A stretch of 64,000 bases of DNA from Eledone cirrhosa (Eukaryota): the NCBI GenBank assembly GCA_964016885.1, contig OZ024743.1, positions 129,952,001-130,016,000 of the forward strand. Reading direction: 5' to 3'. The position numbers and the translations under genes are program-made. The notes beneath the pieces were generated by a model that was not told the origin of the DNA, searched no databases, and saw only the letters and a program-made list of their open reading frames with translations. The first letter of the stretch is position 1. Each line of letters opens with the position of its first letter. Below, piece after piece: positions 61,801-64,000 of the stretch.

Positions 61801-63200
61801 AAGCACCAAACAGCAAACACGAAACAGCAAACACCAAACAACAAACAGGAAACACCAAGCACCAAGCACCAAGCACCAAACACCAAGCACCAAGCACCAA
61901 ACACCAAACACCAAACACCAAGCACGAAACACCAAGCACCAAGCACCAAGCACCAAGCATCAAATACCAAACACCAAGCACCAAGCACCACATATCAAAC
62001 ACCAAGCACCAACACCAAAACACAAAGCACCAGGCACAAAGCACCAAGCACCAATCACCAAGCACCAAGCACCAAGCAACAAATACAAAGCACCAAGCAC
62101 CAAGCACCAAGCACCAAGCACCAAACACCAAGCAACAGGCACCAAACACCAAACACCAAGCACCAAGCACCAAACACCAAACACCACACAGCAAACACCA
62201 AACAGCAAACACCAAACTGCAAACACCAAACACCAAATAGCAAACACCAAACAGCAAACACCAAACACCAAACAGCAAACACCAAACACCAAACACCAAG
62301 CACCAAACACCAAACACCAAACACCAAGAACCAAGCACCAAGCACCAATCACCAAGCATCAAGCGCCAATCACCAAACACCAAGCACCAAGCACCAAACA
62401 CCAAACACCAAGCACCAAGCACCAAACACCAAATACCAAGCACCAAGCACTAAACACCAAACTCCAAGCACCAAGCACCAAGCACCAAGCACCAAGAACA
62501 AAGCACCAAACACCAAGCACCAAGCACCAGACACCAAACACCAAACACCAAGCACCAAACACCAAACACCAAACACCAAGCACCAAGCACAAAGCAACAA
62601 ACACCAAGCACCAAGCACCAAGCACCAAACAACAAGCACCAAGCACCAAGCACCAAACACCAATCACCAAGCACCAAACACCAAACACCAAGCACCAAGC
62701 ACAAAGCACCAATCACCAAGCAGCAAGCACCAAGCACCAAGCACCAAAGACCAAGCACCAACCATCAAGTACCAAAGACCAAGCACCAAACACCAAACAC
62801 CAAGCACCAAGCACCAAACACCAAGCACCAAGCACCAAGCACCAAGCACCAAAGACCAAGCACCAACCATCAAGTACCAAAGAGCAAGCACCAAACACCA
62901 AACACCAAGCACCAAGCACCAAACACCAAGCACCAAGCGCCAAACACCAAACACCTAGCACAAAGCACCAAACACCAAGCACCAAGCACCAATCACCAAA
63001 CACCAAGCACCAAGCACCAAACACCAAACACCAAGCACCAAGCACCAAACACCAAACACCAAGCACCAAGTACCAAACACCAAACACCAAGCACCAAGTA
63101 ACAAGCACCAAGCACCAAACACCAAGCACCAAGCAGCAAGCACCAAACACCAATCACCAAACAGCAAACACCAAGCACCAAGCACCAAACAACAAGCACC
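49870..63200 (+). repeat. Right-domain higher-order repeat, about five variable 2.4-3.5 kb units
   Basis: Marker AACCATCAAGTACCAAAGA at 50891, 53900, 56348, 59848, 62760 and 62865 (spacings 3009, 2448, 3500, 2912, 105). ORF pairs 50704/53713/56161, 51180/54189, 55709/57970, 56637/60109. Confidence 0.87.
52500..53240 (+). repeat. Local tandem duplication, 357 bp (51 units); a further copy starts near 49872
   Basis: CACTAAA-CACCGAA-CACCACA-CAGCAAA-CATCAAA at 52552 and 52909; ORF ends 52554/52911, 52582/52939, 52631/52988. Confidence 0.87.
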
Positions 63201-64000
63201 AAACACCAAGCATCAAGCACCAAACAGCAAACACCAAACAGCAAACACCAAACAACAAACAGGAAACACCAAGCACCAAGCACCAAGCACCAAACACCAA
63301 GCACCAAGCACCAAACACCAAACACCAAACACCAAGCACCAAACACCAAGCACCAAGCACCAAGCATCAAGCACCAAGCACCAAGCACAAAGCAACAAAC
63401 ACCAAGCACCAAGCACCAAACACCAAATACCAAGCACAAAGCACTAAACACCAAACTCCAAGCACCAAGCACCAAGCACCAAGCACCAAGAACAAAGCAC
63501 CAAACACCAAGCACCAAGCACCAGACACCAAACACCAAACACCAAGCACCAAACACCAAACACCAAGCACCAAGCACAAAGCAACAAACACCAAGCACCA
63601 AGCACCAAGCACCAAGCACCAAGCACCAAGCACCAAGCACCAAATACCAAGCACCAAACACCAAAAACCAAGCACCAAGCACCAAACACCAAACACCAAG
63701 CACCAAGCACCAAACACCAAGCACCAAGCACCAAACGCCAAACACCAAGCACCAAGCACGAAGCACCAAACAGCAAACACCAAACACCAAACAGCAAACA
63801 CCAAACACCAAACAGCAAAAACCAAATACGAAACAGCAAACACCATACAGCAAACACCAAACACCAAACACCAAGCACCAAGCATCAAGCCCCAACCACC
63901 AAACCCGAAGCATCAAGCAACAAACACTAATCACCAAGCACCAATCACCAAACACCAAGCACCAAGCACCAAGCACCACACACCAAGCATCAAGCACCAA

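Larger units (their letters stand above)
1..64000. repeat. Heptanucleotide satellite array (CACCAAR)n / (YTTGGTG)n with CAGCAAA sub-blocks; runs to both window ends
   Basis: Every line parses into 7-mers CACCAAG, CACCAAA, CAGCAAA or 1-2 substitution variants. No inversion or non-repeat insert was seen. The + strand is A/C-rich and nearly T-free. Confidence 0.99.

Noticed and set aside
44160-62950. Short duplication lengths being multiples of 21 bp (84, 105, 126, 189, 357)
   Set aside because: Counter-examples exist (76 at ~45073/45149, 91 at 5778/5869, 133 at 25430/25563, 154 at 59578/59732, 196 at 52076/52272), and the hand-picked sample is too small.
1-64000. Canonical telomeric repeat or strong G-quadruplex array
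   Set aside because: No TTAGGG, TTTAGGG or TTAGG arrays are present. The G-rich strand has only GG doublets every 7 bp, allowing weak two-tetrad structures at best.
1-64000. Pure sequencing or basecalling artefact, or randomly generated repeat
   Set aside because: Rare substitutions and indels are reproduced in order over kilobases at constant offsets. Local mis-assembly of copy number cannot be excluded.
1-64000. Immunoglobulin switch-like region (WGCW-dense, G-rich strand)
   Set aside because: AGCT is rare, G-runs are absent, there are no flanking exons, and the array is far longer than a switch region.
1-64000. Embedded transposon, RNA gene, hairpin or terminator
   Set aside because: No non-repeat island was seen, and the near absence of T plus low G on the + strand precludes substantial inverted repeats.

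Overview
The whole 64 kb is one uninterrupted, single-orientation tandem array of a 7-bp unit, consensus CACCAAR (CACCAAG/CACCAAA; minus strand YTTGGTG), with interleaved blocks of CAGCAAA/CACCAAA. That is about 9,100 units (64,000/7). I see no unique sequence, credible protein gene, RNA gene, transposon or CRISPR array. The ORF track is an arithmetic artefact: a stop-free 7-mer gives the same heptapeptide in all three frames (Q[A/T]P[S/N]TKH on +, LV[L/F]G[A/V]WC on -). The structure lies in the variant heptamers. They define a non-random G/A pattern at unit position 7, two alternating sub-satellite phases, a 42-bp landmark motif seen 29 times, and nested higher-order repeats with offsets from 84 bp to about 14 kb, including a near-perfect 4,750-bp tandem duplication. 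Diagnostic variants also change at about 45 kb. The best reading is a large satellite array, probably eukaryotic and possibly pericentromeric or subtelomeric, but organism and location cannot be determined from this window. I find no supportable new gene system. Coordinates and counts were read by eye and boundaries are approximate.
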